Source: Octopus vulgaris
Lineage: Eukaryota
Direction of reading: 5' to 3'
NCBI GenBank assembly: GCA_951406725.2
Contig: OX597828.1
Span: forward strand, 36,952,001-37,016,000
DNA length: 64,000 nt
Shown here: positions 1 through 14,527 of the stretch, one piece after another
How positions within the stretch are numbered: the stretch's first letter is position 1
Layout of the letters: every line of letters starts with the position of its first letter
Program-made: the position numbers and the translations under genes
Notes under the pieces: model-generated
Database searches by the model: none
Told to the model about the DNA's origin: nothing
Seen by the model: the letters and a program-made list of their open reading frames with translations, nothing else

Positions 1-198
1 ATACAGGGTTCCTACAAATGAAGAAGATCGTAGTGGTACAGAGACAGTACTTTCTTTTACTTGTTTCAGCCATCAGATGGCGGCCATGCTGGGGCACCAC
101 CGTGAAGGATTTTTCAATCAAATGAATCGAACTCGATACTTATTTTATTTAAAAGCCTGGTACTTATTCTATCGACCACTTAATTCTGAACCGCTAAT

Positions 199-440
199 TT
201 TGTTATTTCTTTAATGCCCACAAGGAGCTAAACATAGAGGGGACAAACAAGGACAGACAAAGAGATTAAGTCGATTACATCGACCCCAGTGTGCAACTGG
301 AGTCGATGTAATTTATCGACCACGAAAGGATGAAAGGCAAAGTCGACCTCGGCGGAATTTGAACTCAGAACGTAACGGCAGACGAAATACCGCTAAGCAT
401 TTCGCCTGGCGTGTTAAAGTTTCTGCCAGCTCACCGCCTT
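199..440 (-). mobile_element. SINE family A copy nested in a family B SINE (52-570), with 13-bp TSD
   Basis: Head ggcggtgagctggcagaa, B box gagttcaaattcc, body gtcgactttgcctttcatcctttc. Flanked by tctgaaccgctaa (185-197) and tctgaactgctaa (442-454). Confidence 0.9.
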
Positions 441-1009
441 ATCTGAACTGCTAAGTTACAGGGACGTTAACCAACCATCACCGGTTGTCAAACGGTGGTG
501 CGGGCAAACACACACACACATGCTCACACACGCATAGTCACACACACACAAATTATACGACGGGTTGTCTTAGCAGGAATTATTTTGTAACATGTGTATT
601 ATGTAATTCGTACGAACGATCTCTTCAGGGACTCTGGTTTTTCGTTTTTTTTTGTTTTTGTCTTTTTAATTGCTTGATTATTTAATTATTCATTTTTCTA
701 ATATGAACTACAAAATTCCTTTTTGCTTTTTTACATGTTAAACATTCGAAAATATCTGGAAAAACATTATGAGAAATGAAATAAAATGAAAGGATCGAAG
801 AAAGACGGGCGGTAACAAAATTGAGTTGCGAATCTAATGACAATTACAGTGTCGAAAGCAAAGCAGAAAAGCATAACCGCCGACATTTATCATTAACCAA
901 TCAAAAGTGAGTATCGTATCCACTAAGTCATGTGACTTCTCAATAATCGATTGGCACCTTTCCTAAAACAATAAATTAGTAAAGTGAATCGCTATTTTCT
1001 TTTTTATGT

Positions 1010-1214
1010 TTTAATTGTTTCAATCGGTTATTGGACTGTGGCCATGCTGGAGGGTTAAGCCGAAGGGTTAAGTACTGGAGGGTTAAGCCGAACAAAATCG
1101 ATCCCAGTATATTATTTAAGTTTGAAACTTATGCTATCGATGACCTTTTGCCGAACTGCTAATAAATGGCAACGTAAACAAAGATCGGTTGCGAAGTGGT
1201 GTTAGGATACAAGC

Positions 1215-1252
<38 letters not shown>

Positions 1253-1505
1253 GTGTGTGTGTGTGTATGTATGTGTGTGTGTCTTTGTGTCTGGTTTTCT
1301 TCCCTCACCATCGCTTGACAACGTGTGTTGGTGTGTTTACGTCCTTCTAACTTAGCGGTTCAGCAAAAGAGAGATCGATTGAATAAGAACTAGTCAGAAA
1401 AATAATTAATCCTCGGGAGCGATTTCCTCGACTAAAAAGGCCTTTAAAGCGGTGCTCCAGCATGGCCAGAGTCAAATGTCTGCAACATGTAAAAGAATAA
1501 AAAGA
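1010..1505. mobile_element. Two SINE family B 3' halves in inverted orientation around a TA/TG microsatellite (other partial B copies at 7710-7900, 8428-8588, 34350-34468, 41330-41470)
   Basis: gactgtggccatgctgga at about 1035 versus ccagcatggccagagtc at about 1457. Confidence 0.8.
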
Positions 1506-1786
1506 AATATCTTGTTTGACATCATATTCACATGCTCTTTATTTATAGCTTTATTTTTTTGCTTCGAAATCCTCTATTCAAAACTAGAATTGTTTCATGT
1601 TCTCTCTAAAATTTATAAAATTCTTATGACGCAGCATAAGAATTTTATAAGAATAATATTTACAAAATGGACAGAAAATTTGGAAGCATTGCTACGGTAA
1701 AATGGTAGAACTCTCATAGCTACAAGAGATATGGGCTCGTGTACCATGACAAATCTTCGTTTTTAAGTTTTGTATCCAAGAGTGAT

Positions 1787-1836
<50 letters not shown>

Positions 1837-2004
1837 TTGCGACTGTGTATATGTGTATGTGTGCCTGTCACTTCCCACGGATGTTTTCTTCTGTAACTTA
1901 TCTTAAACTCAAAATCAAGCTTATTTTGTCCGGAAGGATAACATTTTCACCACGTTCCACTTTAGATTTAACACACACGCACACACACATACACATGCAT
2001 ACCT

Positions 2005-2073
<69 letters not shown>

Positions 2074-2209
2074 CGTATGCATGTGCTGCGTATGTACCTG
2101 TGTGTGTATGTGTGTGATTAAGAAGCTTTTATCCTTGTATCTTTTAAGTCTGTCGTTTTCTAATCTTTTCGGGTCTTCTACGTATACAAATATACATACA
2201 TGCGTACAC

Positions 2210-2282
<73 letters not shown>

Positions 2283-2610
2283 GTGTGTATATGTTTGTGT
2301 GTCTGTGTGTGAGTGCAATATACAAATACCCACGTGTGTAGAAACACACAAAAGCATACACACACGCACACACACACACACGCACACATACATACACACA
2401 CACGTATATGTGTGTGTGTGTGCGGGTGTTTATCATGAAGTTAACATCTTTGTCGATCTTTTCTGCCGCACCCATCTGCACCCGCTAATCTGTAGACATA
2501 CACAGAAATATATTCTCGTCCAATCCCTCTCTTACTCACATATTTAGGTGTACAGGCATCTTTATCTTTAACTTTGTGCATATGTATGTGTGTGTGTGAG
2601 TGCGTATGCG

Positions 2611-2668
<58 letters not shown>

Positions 2669-2869
2669 CTTGCGCTAAGTTACGGCTTATCAGATAAAAA
2701 AATAGGTAATCACATATAACTTAATATATCGTAACTTCTACCCGTCCGTAATCTCTATCTGGAAGACGTTAAACAAGTTAGATTACAGCAAACAACATCA
2801 AAAACACCATCAACAGTAACAACAACAACAACAACAACAACAATAACCACAACAACTATGATAATAATA

Positions 2870-3034
2870 ATGATTTCAAATTTTAACACATCGATCCCAG
2901 GACTCAAACTGGTACTTGGTTTATCGACTCTGAAAGGATGAAAGGCAAAGTCGACCTCGGCGGAAATTGAACTCAGAACGTAAAGGCGAACGAAATGCCG
3001 CTAGGCATTTTGCCCGGCGTGCTAATCATTCTGC
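2870..3034 (-). mobile_element. SINE family A, partial
   Basis: gaaaggatgaaaggcaaagtcgacctcggcggaa..gaactcagaacg. Confidence 0.85.
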
Positions 3035-3152
3035 TTTAACAACAACAACAGCAGCAGCAACAACAACAACATCAATCCTACAGTTCTGTTTTTAAGAGAT
3101 GAGGAATTATATACATTATTTACATTATTTAAATTCGACGGATATTCTTTGC

Positions 3153-3462
<310 letters not shown>

Positions 3463-3812
3463 CTCCCCATCTCTCTATCTCTTTGGATACCTGAACGTCC
3501 GCGAAAAACTCGGTTAAAGAAAGAAAGCGGGGAGCTTTTTGGTGTTAGCAGAAAAAGTTACGATGGAGGAGAGACACAATATACGAATAAGTACGGCTAA
3601 ACATACTAGAAAACCTCAGCATCATATCCAATCACAATAGAATTGAAACGAGAGCTTATCAATCTCGCAAAAGCATGAGCGGTCAATAACTAATTTATTA
3701 ATAAATAATTATTTAACCAACTTATTAAAAGTCTTGCTAATTAGTGCTGTTTATCTGTTTTTCTTATTTACTCTACATCTTGTGTTTAATACAAATATTA
3801 TGTGTAAACAAA

Positions 3813-4381
3813 AGTGGCGAGCTGGCAGAAGCGTTAGCACACCGAGCAAAATGCTTAGCGGGATTTCGTTTGTGTTTACGTTTTGAGTTCAAATTCCGCC
3901 GAGGTCGACTTTGCTTTGCATCCTTTCGGGGTCGATAAATCAAGTACCAGTTACGCACTGAGGTCGATGTAATCGACTTAATCTCTTTGTCTGTCTTTGT
4001 TAGTCCCCTCTATGTTTAGCCCCTTGTGGGCAATAAAGAAATAAACTTTAGCACGCCGGGCGAAATGCTTATCGGTATTTCATCTGCCTTGCATCTTTTC
4101 GGGGTTGATAAATTAAGTACCAGTTACGCACTGGGGTCGATGTAATCGACTTAATCCGTTTGTCTGTCCTTGTTTGTCCCCTCTGTGTTTAGCCCCTTGT
4201 GTGTAGTAAAGAAATCGGTATTTTTTCTGTCTTTACATTCTGAGTTCAAATTCAGCCGAGGTCGACTTTGCTCTTCATCTTTTCTGAGGTCGATAAATTA
4301 AGTACCAGTTGCGTACTAGGGGTCGAGTTAATCGACTAGCCACCTCCCACAAAATTTCGGACCTTGTGCCTAGAGTAGAAA
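3813..4381 (+). mobile_element. SINE family A multimer (three body modules)
   Basis: Head at 3813; repeated ggggtcgataaattaagtaccagtt modules. Confidence 0.9.
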
Positions 4382-4917
4382 AAAATATTATGTGTACCAA
4401 TGAATTTTTTCACTCCATTTGTAAAAGTATTTTTTATCAAATCAACGTACATTAAATGCTGTTAGACATATTAGCTTTCTTTATTTGTTCTTGTTAATTG
4501 ACCCCAGAACATCCCTGATCCAGCAAGATCAAAATGCATTCCGTATTTTAACTCGACGCATAGTGAATTCTGAGCTACATTTACCGAAAATTTCTTCCTT
4601 TATATAACAAGTATCATTTGAAGCGTTCCTGCCATACTCAACTCATCGATTGTTTTCGAACAGTGCGCCTAAGTGTACATTATCTAATATTTACCTTCTT
4701 TTTTTTATGACACATATTATGATTTGCAAGAAATTTCGTTATTATTTCTAGGAGATGGAACGACCACGTCAAGTGTCTCCCCCATGGGTTCATCGTGTTC
4801 TTTAAAATGTGCCAGCAGCGTGGAGGTGGATTTCGTTGTTACTGTATCTATCGTTTCTTCGAAAACATTGCCCTAATTTCAGTCATCTATAACACACACA
4901 CGCGCACACATTTAAAC

Positions 4918-4919
<2 letters not shown>

Positions 4920-5005
<86 letters not shown>

Positions 5006-5119
5006 CATATATATATATGTATATATATATATGTATATATATATATATGTGTATATATATGTATATGTATGTATATATATATATATACACATATATATAT
5101 ATATATGTATATATATATG

Positions 5120-5170
<51 letters not shown>

Positions 5171-5520
5171 TGGTGCCTTGTATCGCTCATCTGTATTTAT
5201 ATGTATGCATACATACATACAGACAGTCACACACACACATATATATATATACATATGTATATGTATACACTTATACAAGCCTGTGCATATGTATGTATAC
5301 ACTCATATACGTATATAAATTTATGCGTATATAGACACATATACGCATATATATATATATATATATATAAATATATAATATATATACATACATACGTATA
5401 TGTGTGTGTGTGTTTATATATACATACATACTAATACACACACACATACATATATATACATATGTACAGATATATATACACACATATACACACACGCACA
5501 TACACACACGCACACACGTA
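4920..5520. repeat. (TA)n / (CA)n compound microsatellite
   Basis: Direct observation. Confidence 0.95.
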
Positions 5521-5632
5521 CATATGCAGGTTGCAACGCATCCCTAGATTTATTGCAGTCTATGTTTTTGCCTAATCATCCTCTTGAGAACTCTACCTCC
5601 AGTTCATTGCTTTTTTTGCTTTTTTATTGCAG

Positions 5633-5878
5633 ACGATAAGTCTGTCGTCTGGTTTCGTTTTCTTAACAAATGTGGGGGGAAAAGAAAAGCCAATCATCAC
5701 CATCGTCATCACCATTGTCATCATCATCGTCATCGTTATCATCATTGTCGTCGTCGTCGTCGTAGTCGTCTCCGCCTCCTCTTCCTTCTTGAATTCGCAA
5801 ATATATATAGATTTGTGTACTAAATAACTTGTGTGAAACTATTATTGATTAGTTTTGTCTCGTCTTGTACTCACTGAG
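5633..5878 (+). other. Candidate non-coding exon
   Basis: Acceptor tttttttgcttttttattgcAG and donor GAG|GTAAGC. Stops in all three frames. Confidence 0.4.
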
Positions 5879-5929
5879 GTAAGCACACACGCGTCGGGAC
5901 TCACACACACACATACATACACACTCACA

Positions 5930-6227
5930 CACACAACACATGCTCTCTAGCACATATACATACGCACTCATATGCTCACACATAAGTGTGGACACACACA
6001 CCACACACACACATACACGCACACACACATACACACATACACACAAAACATGTTCACACATAAGCGCGGACACACATACACCACACACACACATATACAC
6101 GCACACACACATACACACAAACACACACAAAACATGTGCTCTCGAGCACATATACATACGCACTCATATGCTCACACATAAGCGCGGACACAAAAACCAC
6201 ACACACAGACACATACACGCATACACA

Positions 6228-6266
<39 letters not shown>

Positions 6267-6357
6267 CAAGTGCGCTCTAGCACATATACATACGCACTCA
6301 TATGCTCACATATAAGCGCGGACACACACCACACACATACACATACAAACATACGCA

Positions 6358-6414
<57 letters not shown>

Positions 6415-6500
6415 CAAGTGCGCTCTAGCACATATACATACGCACTCATATGCTCACATATAAGCGCGGACACACACACCACACACATACAAACATACGC
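5930..6500 (+). repeat. Minisatellite of ~130-190 bp units built on (CA)n
   Basis: ctctagcacatatacatacgcactcatatgctcaca.ataagcgcggacac recurs four times, plus one partial. Confidence 0.9.
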
Positions 6501-7015
6501 ACTCACACACACATACACACGTACACACACAGGCAGACAGACACCCACACACGCGCACACACACATATACATACATGTATTTACATAAACACACGGAGAC
6601 AGATTCTCACGAACTCTTACGCCGTGCATGTATTTACTTAAGTAAGCAGACATAAATATACAGGATGGATCTCCGTCGCTTTCGATGATGCACATTCAGT
6701 TGTTCTACGAACTGTTCGTTGATCTATAGAAGCATGCAACTATTACAGAATCCTGTGGCTTGTAATCAGCGAGATACAGTATGTGACAACGATGGACCCT
6801 TAAATTAAAGGTACCATATATACGGGAGGCTTCCGGAGAGTTTCTATCCTTTCGGTCACTCTGTCGATGTTTTGGTCATCTCAGCCGATTGGTAAATGAC
6901 TCATGCTCATGGTGCTAAGCGGAAGAATCGAACCCAGGTCGTCGTGGTTCCGATACGTCTACGCTGCATCTGTACGTGTAAGCATAAATGTGTACGTACG
7001 TCAGTCCGTTCGTAG

Positions 7016-7016
<1 letters not shown>

Positions 7017-7046
<30 letters not shown>

Positions 7047-7176
7047 TGTATGTATGTATGTATGTATGTATGTATGTATGTACGTATGTACGTATGTATG
7101 TATGTATGTATGTATGTATGTATGTACGTATGTATGTTTGTTTATGTTCATGCATGCATGTATGTATGTATGTATG

Positions 7177-7210
<34 letters not shown>

Positions 7211-7472
7211 TGTACGTACGTACGTATGTATGTATGTATGTATGTATGTATGTATGTATGTATGTATGTATGTATGTACGTATGTACGTATGTATGTATG
7301 TTGTGTATGTATGTATGTATGTATGTATGTATGTACGTATGTATGTGTATGTATGTATGTATGTATGTATGTATGTATGTATGTATGTATGTATGTATGT
7401 ACGTATGTACGTATGTATGTATGTTGTGTATGTATGTATGTATGTATGTATGTATGTATGTATGTATCTGTG

Positions 7473-7504
<32 letters not shown>

Positions 7505-7700
7505 TGTATGTATGTATGTATGTACGTATGTATGTTTGTTTATGTTCATGCATGCATGTATGTATGTATGTATGTATGTCTGTATATATGTATGTATGTA
7601 TGTATGTACGTATGTACGTATGTATGTACGTATGTACGTATGTATGTTTGTTTATGTTCATGCATGCATGTATGTATGCATGTATATGTGTGTGTATGTA
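7017..7700 (+). repeat. (TATG)n compound microsatellite with repeated interruptions
   Basis: tttgtttatgttcatgcatgca occurs three times within (tatg)n. Confidence 0.95.
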
Positions 7701-8588
7701 TTCATATATTTTTTACTTGTTTCAATCATTTGACTGCGGTCGTGCTGTAGCGCCGCCCTTAGGCAATCAGATCAACGCCTAACACTTATTCTTTGTAAGC
7801 CTAGTACTTATTCTATTTGGCTCATTGCCGAACCGCTAAGTTACGGGGATGTAAACACACCAACATCAGTATCAAACAATGGTGGGGGACGAACACAGAC
7901 TCTAATGCATACGTACATACATGCATACACACACACACGTATATATATATATATATATAAACCAGCTTAGAGAAGAAGAAGAGACGAAACGAAACCAAAC
8001 GAATCGAATCGAATCGACGCGAAGGCGCTCAGTCATACAATAGTGTAATAAATAAAATATATGCATACATACATACATATATGTACGTAGCTACATCTAC
8101 ATGTATATATACATGCATATATAAATATATATACGTGTGTACAGGACACCACAAATAGACGCAGAACTCAACGAGAAACGAAAACGTAAAAACAGCATGG
8201 AACGGACCATTTTTTTAACAACGAAAAAACAGAGTACAAGACAACTACACAAGGAAAAATCCCCTTCATCAGCTGTCCCTAGTTCAACTCCAGCGTGTTT
8301 CTAAGGATGGACAGAACACGTCTCGCTGAACTAGTCCTTCCTGCGAAAGAATTAAAATAAAATTCCTTTGCAGAGGGGTAAAAACAAGGAAAGAAAAAAT
8401 GTGACAAAAATGTGACAAAAAAAGGACATATACGACGGTTTTTTTTCAGTTTCCGTCTACCAAATCCACTCACAAGGTTTTGGTCGGCCTGGGCTATAGT
8501 TGAAGACACTTGCCCAAGGTGCCATGTAATAGGACAGAACCCGGAACCATGTGGTTGGGAAGCAGGCTTCTTACCACACAGCCACAGC

Positions 8589-8722
8589 TTTATGTGAACA
8601 TCCACTGGGAAGCTAATTTCCACAACTGTGCACAGTTTCTCTTCCCCATCCCCAATCATTATATCAGGTCTGTTGTGCTTACATTTTATCGAAGTCTTCA
8701 CTGGTACATTCCATAAGTATTC
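8589..8722 (-). mobile_element. Fragment of a restriction-like endonuclease (RLE) domain of an R4/Dong/NeSL-type non-LTR retrotransposon
   Basis: Translation EYLWNVPVKTSIKCKHNRPDIMIGDGEEKLCTVVEISFPVDVHI matches the W...I.T.....NRPDI.......hhE/Dh..P.D..I pattern. Confidence 0.75.
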
Positions 8723-8800
8723 TATGTATGTGTGTGTGTGTATGTTTGTATGTATGTATGTATGTATGTATGTATGTATGTATGTATGTATGTGTGTAAT

Positions 8801-8834
<34 letters not shown>

Positions 8835-9481
8835 TGTATGTATGTATGTATGTATGTACGTATGTATGTAATTATATATGTATGTATGTATGTATGTGAG
8901 TGTCTGTATGTAAAAGTGTGTATATAAGTTATAGACTGATGTATATATATATTCACACTGAAAAATAAACAAATTGGAATCTACACACACTTGTGTCCTC
9001 TACTGCATTAAAATCACCCTAGGCTCACACACGTGTACAAACATTAACGCACCTTTTCATCCTCATACAGACTTTGAAACACACTGATACTCACATACAC
9101 ATGCATGTATGCACACACACACACACTAACACACACACTCGCACATTCAGCAGCGTTCAACTTTTCGAGCATACTTATATACACGCATACACGTATACAT
9201 AGTGATACGCACATGTGCACACATGTACATACACATACCCTCACACACATATATAAACATATACATACATACACAGCTTCCTTCAGACTATCAGACACAC
9301 ATACACACACACGCACGCATGCACGTATACATATATACACGCAGACACATATTAACGTCATCCAGATTATCAAACACAGTGATACACACACACACACAGA
9401 AACATACACATACACATATATACACACACACAAATATATATATATATATATACATAAACAGCTTCATCCAGACTATCACAA

Positions 9482-9542
<61 letters not shown>

Positions 9543-9766
9543 GCTTCCTCCAGACTATTACACACAGACACACGCATACATACACACGCACATAGACATA
9601 CACACGCGCACACACACACCTTCTCACACACATGCTTGTACACATAAACATCAATATATAAATTATGCATTAGGGTCTGCAGAAATGGCGTCGCATGTGC
9701 TGGAACTGTGTTTGTTTGGTCGGCGTTGAATGCGTGTGTTTGTGTAGAACAAAGGAAAGCACTGCA

Positions 9767-9994
9767 AGAACAACAGCAACAACAACAACAACAACAGTAA
9801 TAGCAACAGTAGCAGCAGCAGCGACAGCAACAACTTCAACAGCAAAAAAAAAAAATAATAATAATACATGCGATTATACTTCAATATAGACAACTCCGGT
9901 TGATGATGATCAGGATGATAACGATCACCCCCACCACCACCACAACCACCACCATCATCACCCCATCATCATGATCATCATCACCACCATCATT

Positions 9995-10036
<42 letters not shown>

Positions 10037-10204
10037 GTCATTATCACCAGTGCCACCCCAACACCGATCACTGCCGCCGCTACCGCCGACATCGCTGCCG
10101 CCACAATCCTCGTCGTCATCATCATCATCATCATCAATATTATCATCATGAACAACTGTAGACTGTTGTTGATGAGAATACTGAGAAGGACGTAAGCAGT
10201 TGAA

Positions 10205-10273
<69 letters not shown>

Positions 10274-10440
10274 ATGATGTTGATGATGATGATGAGGATG
10301 GTGGTGGTGGTGGTAGTGGCACCGGTGGTGGTGGTAATGATGACGATGATAATGGTGATGGTGATGATAATGGTGACGATGATAGTGATTCTGACAATGG
10401 TGGTCGTTACGATAACGTGATACTGATGATAATACTACTG
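9767..10440. repeat. Trinucleotide low-complexity block (CAA, CAT, GAT, GGT)
   Basis: Direct observation. Confidence 0.9.
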
Positions 10441-10448
10441 ATATATGT

Positions 10449-10489
<41 letters not shown>

Positions 10490-11029
10490 GAAAAAAGGGA
10501 TTAGAAAGCCAGGCAGATATCAATAATGCATTCAGTCTTAAGCGAACTTGGTCAACTAGATACAACAATCAGACGCCAGTAAATGTAATCAGAGTATACA
10601 TCTAAGGTAAATCCTCATGTATGACAAGTAAACCCAAATATCATTTAGAAGGATTTCGAGTAATTCATAGTATTAGACAACAAAAATATGTATAAAGAAA
10701 ATCATATCTTTAATTGTAGAATTCACCTTACAAAGCCGACAATTGTTTCTGTCGTATTAATATATTTAGATATGGAAAGTATTGAAATTAATATTTCCGA
10801 AAATATATGTTAACACAACGTTTTCAAGTTGATCTGAAATTAGCTAAATTCAAAGTCGACTAGAGAAATATTTCCAGTGCATGAACGCATATAAAAAGGC
10901 CGTTAAGAAGAAATATAATCTAAGAAACGCTAATTTGGTGACGTCAGTGGATAACGAACGAATAAAAAATAAGCATAAGAATTTTACGTTATGACAATTA
11001 GAAACAAAGAGAAATATAATCTAAGAAAA

Positions 11030-11199
11030 GCTATTTTTGTCCGATTTGAATTTTTTTCTTCTACGGAAGGAAGAGCAAGCCTTCTATCATACTCTCAATT
11101 TTGGTCAACTTGCGCCGCAGGGTCTCGGAGGAGATAATGTTAGTTGAACGCTACCAAACCTGCCATACACAGACAACTTCAGCTTTATATATATAGAGA
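11030..11199 (-). mobile_element. Helitron-like non-autonomous element, 5' end
   Basis: Minus strand begins a|TCTCTATATATATAAAGCTGAAGTTGTCTGTGT, typical of invertebrate Helitron-N 5' termini. The 3' CTAG and hairpin were not identified. Confidence 0.35.
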
Positions 11200-12039
11200 T
11201 TAACTTTTATTAAACTAAAATTTATTTGTTACTTCTATTAAAAATAAAAAATAACTCAAAATATTTTTTGCACTTCAAAAAATTCCTTTAGAAAATAATA
11301 TTAGTATATAATTAGTTAGTACAATAAATAGAATAATACAAAAAATAGTTATATATTACAGTAAAATCTACGTATAACAACAAATTCACAATAAAATTTG
11401 CATGAGTTATTGTCTAAGTTATTGCCAGGTCTTCACATTTTTAGTCTTGATCCAATGCCTACTTTGTACATAATAAATTTGTTAACCATATACACTATTC
11501 TACTTTGCATAAAGCTTTAGCTATATTGGTACTTCTGATTCTCATTTTTTAAGTATTCAATGTGCCAATATTTTAACAAAATGATGGTATCTTTTTTAAT
11601 TATAAGGTTACTTTGTAAATTAAAATCAAATAATTTTTAATATTCAAATTTTATCCTTAGCGGCAATATTTTAAGTAAAATTCTTTTTGTTCTGTACTTT
11701 ACCAGATGTAATAAGTTGTCCAGAACTCTTCCAAGTATAATAACTTGTCCTATTACGTAACACGTATTTGTGTTTACACCAAAATATTTGCGTTCACACC
11801 GAAATATTTACCAACTTTTACCTTCAATTTATTTTTTCCAGTTTATGGAAGTCAATATTTTCTCTGTTGACATCCACCTCAGCGAAGACACGGAACAAAT
11901 AGAAACACTTTGAACACTGTCCCCTCTTGACAAGACAAAGAAATTTCCTGCTGTCTTTGTAAGCAACAAGCGGGTGGATTTGGTTTCAAATCAAGACAGG
12001 GCCACGCGACGTCCTACAAGTTCTTTTATTCTTGTATTC

Positions 12040-12417
12040 TTTTACTTGTTTCAATCATTTGACTGCGGCCATGCTGGAGCACCGCCTTTAGTCTAACAAA
12101 TCGACTCTAGGACTTATTTTTTGTAAGCCTAGTACTTATTCTATTGGTCTCTTTTGCCGAACCGCTAAGTTATGGGGACGTGAACACACCAACATCGGTT
12201 GTCAAGCGATGGTGGGGTACAAACACAAACACACACACACACACACGCATATACGATGGGCTTCTTACAGTTTCCGTCTATCAAATCCACTCACAAGGCT
12301 TTCGTCGGGCCGAGGCTATATCTGAAAATACTTCCTCAAGGTGCCACGCAGTGGGACTGAACCCAGAGCCATGTGGTTGGTAAGCAAGCTACTTTCCACA
12401 CAGCCACTCCTGCGCCT
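12040..12417 (-). mobile_element. SINE family B, full length (tRNA head, CORE-like domain, internal CA/TA microsatellite)
   Basis: Family consensus on the minus strand: ggcgcaggagtggctgtgtggtaag (A box), ggttcagtccc (B box), gtggcaccttgggcaagtgtctt (CORE-like), tail gactgaaacaagtaaaaga. Confidence 0.92.
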
Positions 12418-12519
12418 ATATTTATATGTGGCGTTATATCGGGGTTGAAAGAATGACACGTACAATATATAATATGCTACGACAATCTGAAAACAATAGA
12501 AACTTTTAAACGTTTGACG

Positions 12520-13008
<489 letters not shown>

Positions 13009-13110
13009 CGAGTAAGCATATAAATATGAAACAAGGTGGAAAAAATAGTACTAGAATACCAAAGGCAGAGTAATATGCTTCATTAAAAAGCAGCAGAAAT
13101 ATCACAAAAA

Positions 13111-13139
13111 CTGTTACTCAGAGTTTCACGTACTCGTTC
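13111..13139 (-). ncRNA. 3' half of a hammerhead motif, truncated at a fold-back junction
   Basis: Minus strand GA-ACG-AGTA-CGT-GAAA-CTC-T-GAG-TA-ACAG. CTGAN and the 5' strand of stem I are missing. Confidence 0.5.
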
Positions 13140-13318
13140 GAACGGGGACGTTAAATTCTGAGAACGTGTCATTCTTTCAACCCCGATATAACGCCACTTA
13201 TTATTATAAATATAGGCGCAGGAGTGGGTGTGTGGCAAGTAGCTTGCTTACCAACCACATGGCTCCGGGTTCAGTCCCACTGCGTGGCACTCAGATGTTT
13301 ATAAATATATGTATATAT

Positions 13319-13378
13319 TTGCCGCTGAAGAGGAGACAATTCTTATGAATTAACTCCGAAATTGGACCAATACGGTAA
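13319..13378 (+). ncRNA. Type I hammerhead ribozyme, intact core
   Basis: Stem I TTGCCG/CGGTAA; core CTGAAGA (13325-13331); stem II GGAG/CTCC extended by AATTC-TTAT-GAATT; GAAA (13358-13361); helix III TTGG-A-CCAA; AUA triplet, with predicted cut after 13372. Confidence 0.85.
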
Positions 13379-13573
13379 TAACGAATTTTTTAGAAATTTC
13401 CATCGGTTTGTTTCGAGACGCATAAATTATAATGGTTATTGACAATTTTTGTCTTTTTTTTCGGCATATTTGGCATTAGAATTTTTCTTTTGCCTTTATC
13501 TTGTAAATTATATATATATATATATATAAATATATATATACACACACACACACATATGCATATGTATATATAA

Positions 13574-13638
<65 letters not shown>

Positions 13639-14164
13639 TTATGTGTAATGATTGATGGGCGAATGTCAATTTTATATGCGGCTGCTTCTGGCAACTAGCA
13701 TTGAATGTAATTGCAGCTGTGAGTATGTTTAATATTAGATAAATAAACCATCAGCTTCATGTAGAACATAGCAGAAAAACTGGGTGTATAATTATTCAGA
13801 TTGATAGACAGATGTATGCACAGTTAATAGTGTTGCCAGTTAGCAAGGTGAGTAATTTATCTTGTTGATAGACTGTTATACATGGTTATGCATATGTGTG
13901 TATATATCTGTATATGTATATATACGCATACATACATACATACATAAATACATACATACATACATACATACATACATGTATAGATATATACATACGTACA
14001 TGTCTATGTATCAATTTATCTATATACATGCATTCATATATATAAGTCTATATACACATATATACACAAATGTACGTATAGTATATATCCATACATATAT
14101 ACATACATGCACTTACATATAGATATATACATATATAGAAATATTCATATGCTCATACACATAC

Positions 14165-14197
<33 letters not shown>

Positions 14198-14440
14198 TGT
14201 ATGTATGTATGTATGTATGTATGTATGTATGTATGTATGTGTGTATGTATGTATGTATATGTGTGTGTTTGAGTGTCTATATATATGTACTCACATGTGC
14301 ATCTGTGCATTTTCTGCCAGGGTGGAAGTTCTGTGTTTATTCTGACGGAGCACCTGCTCGCCGATTAGGTTTTAAACAAAAGATAAAGAGATAAAAATAT
14401 TCTTGCTATTTTGCTAATATTTCTTGCTTGACCATTCCAG

Positions 14441-14527
14441 TTTGTAGATTCACGCCGTCTCAGATATGGTGATTAGTTGTAGCGCATGACACACAGTGCT
14501 ACATCTTATTATTTAGAATCGCAGTTG
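14441..14527 (+). other. Candidate spliced exon (non-coding or 5' UTR/start)
   Basis: Branch-like gctaat, acceptor ttcttgcttgaccattccAG, donor TTG|GTAAGT. Stops in all frames from the acceptor, but ATG..MTHSATSYYLESQL is open to the donor. Confidence 0.45.

Noticed and set aside
8255-8345. CTGATGA on the minus strand with upstream GAAAC (possible type II hammerhead)
   Set aside because: Stem I could not be formed and the stem II closing pair is absent.
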